Assembly (NCBI GenBank): GCA_049976205.1
Contig: JBMFIR010000004.1
Coordinates: 1,213 to 65,212, forward strand
DNA length: 64,000 bases
Source: Sulfolobales archaeon
Lineage (GTDB): Archaea > Thermoproteota > Thermoprotei_A > Sulfolobales > AG1
Direction of reading: 5' to 3'
The position numbers and the translations under genes are program-made. The notes beneath the pieces were generated by a model. That model had not been told where the DNA came from and searched no databases. It saw nothing but the letters and a program-made list of their open reading frames with translations. The number at the start of each line of letters is the position of its first letter. The stretch's first letter is position 1. Shown in pieces: positions 17,914 to 27,930 of this stretch.

Positions 17914-18822
17914 ATGATTAAAAGATTCGTGAATAAGATCGCTGTAGTAACAGGCGGGGCAAGAGGAATAGGGGCTGCTATTGCAGAGAGATTAGGCATA
18001 GAGGGAGCTAAGGTAGTCATATTCGATATAGATGAGGAGGCTGGTCGAATTAGAGAGAGTATGCTTAGAGAAAAAGGAGTAGAGGCTTTATTTATTCATG
18101 GGGATGTCGCTGTCGAAAATGATATTAAGAGATGCCTCGATGAAGTTGTGAGAAGATTCGGTGGGGTAGATATCTTAATTAACAATGCTGGGATAGGTTT
18201 CTCAGGTAAATCACTATTTGATCAAACACTTGAGGAATGGAGAAGAATTATTGATACTAATCTAACGGGTCCCTATCTCTTCTCTAAGTATTTTGCGAAA
18301 TCAATGATTGAGAGAGGTGGCGGTGTGATAATTAATATTGCTAGCACAAGAGCTCTTCAGTCGGAGCCTAACACCGAGCCTTACTCAGCATCTAAGGGTG
18401 GCTTGGTTGCGCTGACGCATTCTCTAGCGATTAGTTTAGGGAGATACGGTATTAGAGTAATTGCTGTTTCTCCTGGATGGGTTGATACAAGTAGGTATCA
18501 GATACCTCCTCGAGAACCCTCGCTAACAAACCTAGATCATCTCCAGCACCCGGCTCGAAGAGTCGGTAGACCTGAGGACATAGCGTCACTAGTAGCCTTC
18601 TTAGCCTCCGATGAAGCAAGCTGGGTCACGGGAGTTAATATTGTTATTGATGGTGGAATGACTATTAAAATGATCTATTTAGATGAGGACGTGATCTCAA
18701 ACGCGATAGACCTATTAACAGGAGATCATGAATTCGCAGTTTTGATACATAGGTTATTGAAGGAGAAACGAGAGAAACTAAAAGAAGCCGTAGAGCTCTT
18801 ATCACACCTGATTAAGTCTTGA
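17914..18822 (+). CDS. short-chain dehydrogenase/reductase (SDR) with ~50-aa C-terminal extension
   Basis: VTGGARGIGAAIA (TGxxxGxG), NNAG, and YSASKGG (YxxxK). Confidence 0.85.
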   Translation: MIKRFVNKIAVVTGGARGIGAAIAERLGIEGAKVVIFDIDEEAGRIRESMLREKGVEALFIHGDVAVENDIKRCLDEVVRRFGGVDILINNAGIGFSGKSLFDQTLEEWRRIIDTNLTGPYLFSKYFAKSMIERGGGVIINIASTRALQSEPNTEPYSASKGGLVALTHSLAISLGRYGIRVIAVSPGWVDTSRYQIPPREPSLTNLDHLQHPARRVGRPEDIASLVAFLASDEASWVTGVNIVIDGGMTIKMIYLDEDVISNAIDLLTGDHEFAVLIHRLLKEKREKLKEAVELLSHLIKS

Positions 18823-18953
18823 TCATATTAGCTTAAAGATATACTAATTCTCTAGCGATATATTATAATGCTGCTACGTAAATAATTGATATTGTAGATA
18901 TATTCTTGAGGCAAATAATATTTTGTTAAAATAATTTATCAAGGGGGTTTTTA

Positions 18954-19973
18954 ATGCATAAAATAATAGATCTTCATGAAGACATCGCATATTTCTTCGA
19001 AACTGGATCAAAAGAATTGATCCGTGATTTTGATAAAGATATAAGTGGTAGACATGGTGATATACCTAAGTATCTTCGTGGGAATGTACACTTAATATTC
19101 GCCTCTATTTTTCCAGCCATTGAAACATGGGATCCTGTTAGAGCTGAGAAGCTGACTAAGCTCTACGGTAGAGAGATTTTCTATAGAGGCAGTATATTTA
19201 CTGGATACGATAACTTATTTGAGCAAGCAAAGATCTACTATAGACTTGCTGATAGATACAGTGATTATATCGAGATCATATTTAGCAGATCAGATCTAGA
19301 CAAGTTCCTAAGTGATAATAAAATAAGGCTCTTAATTAGTCTCGAGGGAGCGGATCCTCTAATGAATCCCGATGATCTATTGATTCTATACAGAGTCGGT
19401 GTGAGAAGTCTCACAATCACTTGGAATTATAATAATAGATACGGTGCATCATGTATGTCTAAGAAAGACTATGGATTAACAGACGCAGGAGAAGAATTAG
19501 TGGAGTACGCAAATAAATTAGGAATAATACTTGATATATCTCACACAAGTAAGAAAACCTCTCTAGACGTGATCAATGTATCTAAGCTACCTGTTATAGC
19601 AAGTCACTCAAACTACTTCTCTAGAAAGAATCATCCTAGAAACATTGATGATGAAATTCTCGAGGGTCTCAAGAGAATTGGTGGTGTGGTCGGCTTTACA
19701 TTAATAAGATCTACTTTAGGAGGAAAAGAATCAATAGATGATTTAGTTGATCACATAGTAGATGTATGGAGTAGATATGGATCAGATGTTTTAGCTATCG
19801 GAACAGATTTCTTCGGGATAGAGAATACGCCTACGGGATTAGAGGACGTGTCTAAACTACAAGATCTTCTAAAGAAATTAAGTAATAGAGGCCTCGGAGA
19901 AAACGATCTTAGGAAAATAGCTCATGAAAATGTCTTGAGAATTCTGAAGATTCATGCTAGTAAATGGATCTAG
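18954..19973 (+). CDS. membrane (renal-type) dipeptidase, peptidase family M19
   Basis: IDLHEDIA (HxD), SLEGADPL, ITWNYNN, DISHTS, IASHSN. Confidence 0.75.
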   Translation: MHKIIDLHEDIAYFFETGSKELIRDFDKDISGRHGDIPKYLRGNVHLIFASIFPAIETWDPVRAEKLTKLYGREIFYRGSIFTGYDNLFEQAKIYYRLADRYSDYIEIIFSRSDLDKFLSDNKIRLLISLEGADPLMNPDDLLILYRVGVRSLTITWNYNNRYGASCMSKKDYGLTDAGEELVEYANKLGIILDISHTSKKTSLDVINVSKLPVIASHSNYFSRKNHPRNIDDEILEGLKRIGGVVGFTLIRSTLGGKESIDDLVDHIVDVWSRYGSDVLAIGTDFFGIENTPTGLEDVSKLQDLLKKLSNRGLGENDLRKIAHENVLRILKIHASKWI

Positions 19974-20060
19974 AAAATTTATTGGTAATTAATATAATTT
20001 ATAATATAATAATTTATTCCATAAAATATTATTCATAAATAAAATAAGATTGGGGTTTCT

Positions 20061-21062
20061 ATGGATAGGATTCATGTGGGATTTATTGGGACAGGCTTCA
20101 TCGCGGATATTCTGGCTAATGCTCTCTTGAAGTTGAAGGAGTACTCTTCTATTGAAGCTGTTTACTCCCGAGAGATCGAGAAGGCTAAGCATTTTGCAAA
20201 GAGGTTTGGGGTTGAGAAAATATATTCTAGCTGGAGGGATCTTATTAATGATAACGAGATCGAGGCTATTGTCGTAGCGACTCCTACTTATACTCATAAA
20301 GAGATTGCTGTGGAGGCTGCTAAGAGGGGTAAACACGTGTTTCTCGAGAAACCTATTTCTCTTAATATACAGGATGCGAGAGAGATCGTTAGAGAGGCTG
20401 AGAAGAATCATATTAAATTATTCGTTGGGCACTGCCTCAGGTACTGGCCTGAGTATGTTAGGGTTAAGGAACTTGTTTCAAGAGGTGAGATTGGTGAGCC
20501 TAGGGTTGCGAGAGCTTATAGACTAGGTTCTTACCCCACGTGGTCTCTGTGGTATAGATACAGAGAGTTTAGTGGTGGTGTTGTTATTGATTTAGCTATT
20601 CATGATATTGATTTTCTGAGGTGGGTTTTGGGCTCTATTAAGAGGGTCTATGGTGTTGGTGGTAGATTCAGTAGGTACTCTGTTGATGTTATTGATCACG
20701 CTATGTATATACTGGAGTTTGAGAATGGCGCAGTAGCCTATGGCGAGGCTTCTTGGGCAATGCCTCAGAAATTTGGTTTCACCACATATCTTGAGATAGC
20801 TGGTACAAAAGGTCTTTTAACTGTTGATAATAAGTCTACTGCTTCGGCCCATGAGTATTACAATGATTCTTCATCATCATATTCTCCATTGTATCATGAT
20901 GCTTACTATAATGAGCTCAAAGCCTTCCTCAGATGGATCTTGTTTAATGAGCCAGTAGCCATATCTCCAGAAGATGCTGTTGAGAGTCTGAGAATAGCTC
21001 TCGCAGTAACTAAGAGTATTGAGAAGAGAGAAGCAATTGATCTGGGGGTGGAGGCGGCTTGA
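20061..21062 (+). CDS. Gfo/Idh/MocA family oxidoreductase
   Basis: VGFIGTGFIA Rossmann N-terminus and the KHVFLEKPIS (EKP) motif. Confidence 0.8.
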   Translation: MDRIHVGFIGTGFIADILANALLKLKEYSSIEAVYSREIEKAKHFAKRFGVEKIYSSWRDLINDNEIEAIVVATPTYTHKEIAVEAAKRGKHVFLEKPISLNIQDAREIVREAEKNHIKLFVGHCLRYWPEYVRVKELVSRGEIGEPRVARAYRLGSYPTWSLWYRYREFSGGVVIDLAIHDIDFLRWVLGSIKRVYGVGGRFSRYSVDVIDHAMYILEFENGAVAYGEASWAMPQKFGFTTYLEIAGTKGLLTVDNKSTASAHEYYNDSSSSYSPLYHDAYYNELKAFLRWILFNEPVAISPEDAVESLRIALAVTKSIEKREAIDLGVEAA

Positions 21063-22060
21063 TCAGGTTCGCGATAGTCTCATTTGCTCATATGCATGCT
21101 TATAGCTACGCTAGAGTCATTAAGGAACTCGAGGCCGAGGGTCTAGCCTCTTTAGAGGGGTTTTACGACGATAATCTCGATAGATTAAATAGGGTTTCAG
21201 AGATCTATAAGCCCAAGAGAATTTATAGAGATCTCTACTCACTCGCTGAGGACAAAAATATTGATGCTGTTATAGTGGCCTCTGAAAACTCCAAGCACAA
21301 AAGTTTCTCGGTGCCTCTGATGAGAGCTGGGAAACATGTTCTTGTTGAGAAACCTATTGCCACAACCTATAGAGATGGTTATGAGATGGTTGAGGAGGCT
21401 AAGAGGAATAATGTGAAGCTTCAGATAGCTTTTGTAATGAGGTATCATGACGCCTCTATTGAGATCAAGAGAAGAATAAGTTCTCTAGGAAGGATCTATG
21501 CGATAACATCTACCAATCACGGTAAGAATCCCATGGATTGGTTTGTTGATCCTGAGTTAGCTGGGGGAGGAGCCTTCATGGATCACATAGTTCATGTAGC
21601 AGATCTAATTAGGTGGTACACTAATAAAGAATTTGTAGAAGTAACAGCTTTCACTGCAAGAAATCTAAATGAGAGCCTAACGGTAGAGGATAATGGCTTG
21701 ATAATAGCTAGATTAGAAGATGATATAATAGCATCAATTGACTGCAGCTGGTCAAGACCTCCTAAGTGGCCTGTCTGGGGCGATGTGTATATGAGGATAC
21801 TAGGTGAGAGAGGCGTACTAGTCCTAGACGCATTCAATCAAAATATCTATCTATCAGATGGAGAAGGCTTCAGAGGAGTATACTTTGGACCAGACGCTGA
21901 TAAAAACATGATCCTAGGATTTATAGAGGCTATAAAAAAGGATCAGGAGCCTGTGGCCAGTGGCTTAGATGGTTTAAGAGCTCTCGAGGTTGTTTTAGCA
22001 GCATACAAATCTCTACGTGAAAAAAGAACAGTCAGAATAGAGGAGGTAAGAAGTCTTTGA
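21059..22060 (+). CDS. Gfo/Idh/MocA family oxidoreductase (paralog)
   Basis: KHVLVEKPIA motif and 4-nt overlap with the upstream paralog. Confidence 0.8.
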   Translation: MIRFAIVSFAHMHAYSYARVIKELEAEGLASLEGFYDDNLDRLNRVSEIYKPKRIYRDLYSLAEDKNIDAVIVASENSKHKSFSVPLMRAGKHVLVEKPIATTYRDGYEMVEEAKRNNVKLQIAFVMRYHDASIEIKRRISSLGRIYAITSTNHGKNPMDWFVDPELAGGGAFMDHIVHVADLIRWYTNKEFVEVTAFTARNLNESLTVEDNGLIIARLEDDIIASIDCSWSRPPKWPVWGDVYMRILGERGVLVLDAFNQNIYLSDGEGFRGVYFGPDADKNMILGFIEAIKKDQEPVASGLDGLRALEVVLAAYKSLREKRTVRIEEVRSL

Positions 22061-22116
22061 AGATCTCATAGGTTATTAAGAGATATATGGCTCTTTTCAG
22101 ATATAGGTAGGGGGTC

Positions 22117-23373
22117 TTGATTTCCGGCTTCATAAAACTAGTTCTTTCATCAAGTTTAACCAAGAACACTCCAATGGATAACTACTTGGGTTTTGCCTCT
22201 CCCAGAGTAGTGAGACACCCATACACTAGAGAACCCTGGCTCTTATTCACTGCCTGGAGAGATCAGTCAGGTGTCGAAAGAGAGATCTGGGCAGCTCCAG
22301 TAATTGATGAATTTTCTCTAGAAATAGATCTGAGAAGATCCAAGAAAATCTCCGCGGGATCCTCTGTAGGTGTAAAAGGTCTTAATACTGTTGATGTCTT
22401 CTACGACTACTACGATGATCGTTGGATCATTTTCTCTACAATCTATGGTGGAGACCCGAAGAGTCTCGCAGTCATATACTCAGATCCTGACTTCACAAAA
22501 ATCGAGGCCTCACTGATTGAGTCACCCATTAACATGGGTGATGCGGGTTTCTCATGTATCTCATACGAGGATGATAAGATACTCACGTGCACTGGAGGTT
22601 TTGGTTTAGAGAGATCTCTAATGACAATTGATGACTTCGCTAAGAAACAGCTATCAAAACCCGTTCTGGTGAAGAAGTCTATAGGAGGATTATTACTAGG
22701 TGAGGCAGCAGATGTTCATAAAACCTTTGTTTATGGCGGGAGGATCCTTATGCTAACAGAGAATCTCGGCGGAACAGGCACGTGGCATATACAACTATAC
22801 ATGGGTCCTAGAATCGGTTGGAAGAAGTGGGGTGATCAATACTCACTAGGCAAATGGTACATGCCTCTCTCAACAAAAATTCCTTTACCCTTCGCGAGTG
22901 ACTATGAGAAGACAAGTTATGGACACCCAGAGTACACACTTGAGCTGAGAAAGCCGTGGCTCATGTGGGCTAGTTTTAGACACTGCCACTGGCCACAGCC
23001 TGATAAGGGTCTTAAATGGGCTCACGAGATATGGGCTGCGGAGACTTCGGTGGATTACTTCTCTAATCCTAGAGAGTGGCTTCCAGCGGTTTTTGAAGCT
23101 GATGAAACAATTGAGCCACCCTGGATCCTCGATACATTAGGTGCATCAAAGATCTTGATCCATGTGTATAGACCTAGGGAAACACATGAGCTAGTAGTGA
23201 GACACGGAAGAGACGTAGGGAAACTCTCAGTAGGTGATGGAAGATACGTTGAAGAGAGATATGTTGTCTCTAAGGAACAGAGAATAGTTATAGACCCGGC
23301 TCCGCCAGCGATCTACATCGAGCCCACAGACCCAAGGAGATCAACTGGTGTAATGATATATCTACTACCATAA
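22117..23373 (+). CDS. hypothetical protein (last gene of the SDR-dipeptidase-oxidoreductase run)
   Basis: 418-aa ORF on the same strand as the preceding genes. No motif recognised. Confidence 0.45.
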   Translation: MISGFIKLVLSSSLTKNTPMDNYLGFASPRVVRHPYTREPWLLFTAWRDQSGVEREIWAAPVIDEFSLEIDLRRSKKISAGSSVGVKGLNTVDVFYDYYDDRWIIFSTIYGGDPKSLAVIYSDPDFTKIEASLIESPINMGDAGFSCISYEDDKILTCTGGFGLERSLMTIDDFAKKQLSKPVLVKKSIGGLLLGEAADVHKTFVYGGRILMLTENLGGTGTWHIQLYMGPRIGWKKWGDQYSLGKWYMPLSTKIPLPFASDYEKTSYGHPEYTLELRKPWLMWASFRHCHWPQPDKGLKWAHEIWAAETSVDYFSNPREWLPAVFEADETIEPPWILDTLGASKILIHVYRPRETHELVVRHGRDVGKLSVGDGRYVEERYVVSKEQRIVIDPAPPAIYIEPTDPRRSTGVMIYLLP

Positions 23374-23498
23374 TTCTGAATCAGCCCAGAAACCGGTCAT
23401 CACTACTCAGATTATCTAGCCATCATCACCGATATAATATTCGTCTAAGGCAATTATTAAGTTAGGTTACAGTTTCTATTCACTTTCTATTAACTTCT

Positions 23499-23950
23499 CT
23501 ACACTCCCCATCTAAATCTCCATAGTCCTCTACCAAATGACCCAACCGCTGTTTCTAGCTCCTCAGCAAGCGTATCACTTATAAGAGCTTCATCAGCTAA
23601 TGGAAATACTATAGTACCTACTAACACCTCTTTCGACCAATATCTCTCGCAATAATCTTGACCCACGCTTTTCTTGGGAAAAACCATACTCTCAAGGATC
23701 CTCCAGCAATCTCAACAGCTTTTTCGACAACATCCTTAGAAAGCCATAGACCTGATTACTCAGCTACACCTATATATACTAAGAGTTGTGGAGTAGTCCT
23801 CAAAACCACTATTCAAGAGAGCTATAACATCAATAGATCTCTCATTAACTCTTATTCTCAGTCTTAATCTCATTGCCAAGATTAATATCTCTGATTCCAC
23901 TGATCCTCGCGATATATCTATATCTTATTCTGCCAATATAGATTTTACTA
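23499..23950 (-). pseudogene. possible decayed retropepsin-like aspartyl protease gene
   Basis: Minus-strand fragments lie in three frames separated by stops: MSSKIYIGRIRYRYI..., IDVIALLNSGFEDYSTTL (position of xxDSGA/DTG) and LVGTIVFPLADEALISDTLAEELE. Confidence 0.25.
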
Positions 23951-24120
23951 CTCATATCTCTTCACAATAACCCGTTGACTAAAGAAAATATAGATAAAGC
24001 TTCAGTGAGTACTATAAAGCAATTTTTTAATGAGATAATAATATATGCACATGAGATTTTATGAAAAAAGAGTTATTTTTTATGATTGTTTATAGATCGA
24101 GAAACTAGAGATTTATTAAT

Positions 24121-24157
24121 TCTGGGGCAGAACTATAGTTCTGGGGTAGAACTATAC
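24121..24157 (+). repeat. tandem direct repeat, 2 x 18/19 bp
   Basis: tctggggcagaactatag (24121-24138) and tctggggtagaactatac (24140-24157), 16/18 identical, each preceded by t. Confidence 0.85.
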
Positions 24158-25191
24158 TCTTCGATCCTCGTCCAAAGACTAGGAGAGAAGATCTATTTGG
24201 GAGGGAGAGAGAACTTGAATTACTACATAGAAACATTGATTCGCCGATTATAGTTATTACTGGGATCAGAAGAATTGGGAAAACATCTGTTCTAAACGTA
24301 TTTCTAAATGAAGTCTCGATCCCTGGTGTGATTATTGATTTAAGAAGTTTAAAGACTAATTATGGTTTTAAAGATCTCTATGATCTTTTGGCTAAGAGTT
24401 TCTCTAGTAAACTTGATAAATTCATTGATCTGTTGAAAAATATATCGTCTATTAAGATCGTTGGGGCTGAGGTGGAGTTTAAGTGGAGAGGTAGAGGCGC
24501 TATTAATTTATCGACCTTGTTTGATTACTTGAATAAGAAAAGAGTTATAATAGCTTTTGATGAAGCCCAGAGACTGCGAGGACCTAGATCTCAGGAGATT
24601 CTTAGTGCTATAGCTCATGCATATGATTATGATAAAAACATAACATTTATATTCACAGGCTCTGAAGTAGGACTACTTTACTCATTTCTAGAGATCGATA
24701 ATCCATCGTCTCCTATATATGGAAGATATATATACACACTATCACTAGAGAGATTTCCAAGAGATGTATCAATAGAATTCCTTAAACAAGGATTTAGTGA
24801 AGTAAATATGAACGTATCAATGGAAGTGATCGAAGCCGCAGTAGATATATTTAATGGTGTTCCTGGCTGGTTAACATTTTTCGGAAACGAATATATTAGA
24901 GGAACAAGAGATCTCAACAAGATCAAGAGATTAGCTGTGGAGTTAGCGCTAGAGGAATTAAGAAACTTGGTTAAGGAGAGAGGAGAGAGATACGCAATAG
25001 CTCTAAAAGGATTAGCAGAAGGAGCAAATAGCTGGGGGAGACTTAAGAGATATATCGAAGAAAAAGAGGGGAGAACAATCTCAACAAGTATTTTACACAA
25101 TATAGTGAAGTCTCTAGAGGATCTAAGTATAGTAAAAGACTATGAGTTTCTAGACCCAATATATAAGGAGGCAGCGAAAGAACTCAGATAA
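24157..25191 (+). CDS. archaeal ATPase (Arch_ATPase/AAA+ family, PF01637-like); N-terminus lacks a canonical start codon
   Basis: Homology extends in frame upstream of the tracked ORF: LFDPRPKTRREDLFGRERELELL...VITGIRRIGKTSVLN (Walker A), then AFDEAQ (Walker B). Between the stop at 24136-38 and GTG 24328 there is no ATG, GTG or TTG. ATA lies at 24154-56. Confidence 0.65.
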   Translation, partial: LFDPRPKTRREDLFGRERELELLHRNIDSPIIVITGIRRIGKTSVLNVFLNEVSIPGVIIDLRSLKTNYGFKDLYDLLAKSFSSKLDKFIDLLKNISSIKIVGAEVEFKWRGRGAINLSTLFDYLNKKRVIIAFDEAQRLRGPRSQEILSAIAHAYDYDKNITFIFTGSEVGLLYSFLEIDNPSSPIYGRYIYTLSLERFPRDVSIEFLKQGFSEVNMNVSMEVIEAAVDIFNGVPGWLTFFGNEYIRGTRDLNKIKRLAVELALEELRNLVKERGERYAIALKGLAEGANSWGRLKRYIEEKEGRTISTSILHNIVKSLEDLSIVKDYEFLDPIYKEAAKELR

Positions 25192-25329
25192 TTAGTGATA
25201 CTACACTTACCCACAGATTAAGAATATCTATTTATATCAAGGAAATATTTTAATTTATAAATATTCTTTCTATGGAATGATCAGCGTAATTAAATCTTTA
25301 CTATATATCATGATTATTTAATATACACA

Positions 25330-26181
25330 TTGGGTAGAGCAATGAGTAAGGAACTAGATCTAGAGAAATTCTATCATCTATTTCCCTGGAGAGAGGATCC
25401 TGATACACCAAGTGGTTATAAGAGATATCAAGAAGTAGTAGAAGACATGAAGTTTCTAGTTAATCACCCGTGGATACAGAAAATTCTTCAGATGAAAAAA
25501 GAAATTGAGATAATTGATTTATGCAGTGGAGTAGGTTTTGGTGGCGCAGCCTTATCTAAATTGCTTAAAGAAAGAGGATATAGTGTAAATCTTACTTTAC
25601 TCGATCTCAGATTAAACGCACTAGAAAAAGGTAAGAGATTCATTACTAAGGAACTCGGTCTCGAGCCTGAAGTAATTGTTGCTGATTTAACAAAAAAGTT
25701 GAATATCTCAAAGAAATACGATATAGCCCTCATATGGGGGCTCTCAACACCTCATTTTAATCCCTGGGAATGGATCAAGGTACTTATTAACGTAAGAAGA
25801 CTGCTATCCAACGATGGTGTTTTAGCATATGAGGAAGCTGATAGAGTAGAGCATATTTTTATAAGAATGGGTTATCAAAGAATCATGCCACAAATAGCTG
25901 AAGAGAATCGCTTGGTTCTCTCAATTCACTCAGAACGAAATTATAAAACAGGAGATGTCTATAAATTAGTCATAGATCTATTGAAAGGAGATAGAGTCAG
26001 GATCAAATTTTATTACTGGGATATAGCTTCGTCAGCTACCTTCGCATGGATCTTCTTTGATGATGTAGATTTTATCTCAACAAAGTATCCCTACCAAGGA
26101 ATCATGATAGCAAGTAAACCTAGAGACTCTATAAATCTAGAAGAACTATTTACTAAAACTCCCACGTTGATCTCAGCATAG
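25330..26181 (+). CDS. class I SAM-dependent methyltransferase
   Basis: IIDLCSGVGFGGAAL is the motif I glycine loop, followed by an acidic LLDL strand. Confidence 0.6.
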   Translation: MGRAMSKELDLEKFYHLFPWREDPDTPSGYKRYQEVVEDMKFLVNHPWIQKILQMKKEIEIIDLCSGVGFGGAALSKLLKERGYSVNLTLLDLRLNALEKGKRFITKELGLEPEVIVADLTKKLNISKKYDIALIWGLSTPHFNPWEWIKVLINVRRLLSNDGVLAYEEADRVEHIFIRMGYQRIMPQIAEENRLVLSIHSERNYKTGDVYKLVIDLLKGDRVRIKFYYWDIASSATFAWIFFDDVDFISTKYPYQGIMIASKPRDSINLEELFTKTPTLISA

Positions 26182-26301
26182 AAATATTAAGGTTCTACAA
26201 CTTTAATTTGATTCTTTTCTCGACTTATTTGATTTTTAAATATAGTGAACGTTCAATAAGGCTTAATAAATATAATCCCTCCATATATCGATGGGGGCCT
26301 A

Positions 26302-27309
26302 ATGAAGTTAGTAGACGCGTACTTTTACCTTGAGAGATTAAGAGATCTCCTATACTCATTATTAGAGTTGAGAGATAAAGCTAGAGATTCCGGGTCTGAG
26401 AAAGTGCCTATTCAGGAGGCGACATCTCTTGTGAAATACGGATTTATATCGATGTTTAAAGGTGGTGTCATAATGGATGTCACAAACGAGAAGCAAGCAG
26501 AGATCGCTGAGAGAGCTGGTGCAGTTGGTGTTATGGTTTTAGATAAATTACCATATGATGTAAGAGCCTCAGGAGGTGTTGCTAGAACAGCTGATCTGAA
26601 GATTATTGAGAGTGTTATGAATACTATAACAATCCCTGTATCCGCAAAATGTAGAATAGGTCACGAGGAGGAGGCTAGATTATTAGAAGAGATAGGAGTT
26701 GATTTAATTGATGAAAGCGAGGTTTTGACACCTGTTGATGAGAAAGCTCATATAAATAAGTGGTTATTCAAGACACCATTTGTTAACGGCGCGAGAAATC
26801 TGCCTGAAGCCTTGAGAAGAATATATGAGGGAGCATCAATGATTAGAACTAAGGGAGAACCTGGAACAGGTAATGTTGCTGAAGCTGTTAAACACATGAA
26901 ATTAGTTAATCGAGATATCGCTATGCTAAGAGGATATTATATAAGCGGTGATTATGAGGCTATATGGGTTTATTCTAAAGAGAATAAAGTACCTTATGAA
27001 TTAGCTTTATTAACAGCTAGATTAGGGAGATTACCAATAGTTAATTTTGCTGCTGGTGGAATAGCTACTCCAGCTGATGCTGCATTAATGATGTGGTTAG
27101 GAGCTGACGGGGTTTTTGTTGGTTCAGGAATATTTAAGAGTAGCGATCCTGAGTCTAGGGCGCGAGCCATAGTCTTAGCAACAGCATTTTATGATGATCC
27201 AGAGACTGTTGTTGAGGCTCAGAAAATGGTTTCTGAGAGACAAGCCATGTTGGGAATAGATGTTAGAACACTAAAACCAGAGCAATTAATGCAGATACGA
27301 GGTGAGTAA
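26302..27309 (+). CDS. pdxS: pyridoxal 5'-phosphate synthase lyase subunit PdxS
   Basis: [64 protein letters not shown], and [11 protein letters not shown]. Confidence 0.92.
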   Translation: MKLVDAYFYLERLRDLLYSLLELRDKARDSGSEKVPIQEATSLVKYGFISMFKGGVIMDVTNEKQAEIAERAGAVGVMVLDKLPYDVRASGGVARTADLKIIESVMNTITIPVSAKCRIGHEEEARLLEEIGVDLIDESEVLTPVDEKAHINKWLFKTPFVNGARNLPEALRRIYEGASMIRTKGEPGTGNVAEAVKHMKLVNRDIAMLRGYYISGDYEAIWVYSKENKVPYELALLTARLGRLPIVNFAAGGIATPADAALMMWLGADGVFVGSGIFKSSDPESRARAIVLATAFYDDPETVVEAQKMVSERQAMLGIDVRTLKPEQLMQIRGE

Positions 27310-27313
27310 TTAA

Positions 27314-27910
27314 ATGGTTAAAGTAGGAGTATTAGCTGTTCAAGGAGATTTTCTAGAGCACTTAGAAATTCTCAGAGAAGCGGGGGTAGAGTCCGTATAT
27401 GTTAAGAAAGTCGATGATTTATACAAAATAGATGCTTTAATAATTCCTGGAGGAGAATCAACAACTATCGGTGGCTTAATTAATTTTAGAAATTTAGCAG
27501 AACCAATAATTAGATTAGCTGATTCAGGCGTACCTATCATGGGAGTTTGTGCCGGCGCCATAACGTTAGCGAAAAAAGTAGTTGATAGAGTAGTAGGTGA
27601 AACAAATCAATTCACACTAGGTTTAATGAATATAAGTGTTATCAGAAATATCTTCGGTAGACAAAAGAATTCTTTTAGAACACGAGTATATATTGAGAAT
27701 ATAGGAGAAATAGACGCGGCATTCATCAGAGCTCCTGGGATAATAGATGCGTGGGAACCCGCTAAAATTATAGGCTACATAGATCATCCCACTACCGGCA
27801 GAGTAGGGGTAGCCGCAGCACAAAATAATCTCATAGCCATAACCTTTCATCCAGAAATCACAAGCGATACCAAGATATATAAGTTCCTTCTAGAGATAAT
27901 TAAGAAATAG
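27314..27910 (+). CDS. pdxT: pyridoxal 5'-phosphate synthase glutaminase subunit PdxT
   Basis: GVLAVQGDFLEH, IIPGGESTT, MGVCAG (catalytic Cys), and FHPE. Confidence 0.9.
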   Translation: MVKVGVLAVQGDFLEHLEILREAGVESVYVKKVDDLYKIDALIIPGGESTTIGGLINFRNLAEPIIRLADSGVPIMGVCAGAITLAKKVVDRVVGETNQFTLGLMNISVIRNIFGRQKNSFRTRVYIENIGEIDAAFIRAPGIIDAWEPAKIIGYIDHPTTGRVGVAAAQNNLIAITFHPEITSDTKIYKFLLEIIKK

Positions 27911-27930
27911 GCTCATAGAACCTCATCCTT

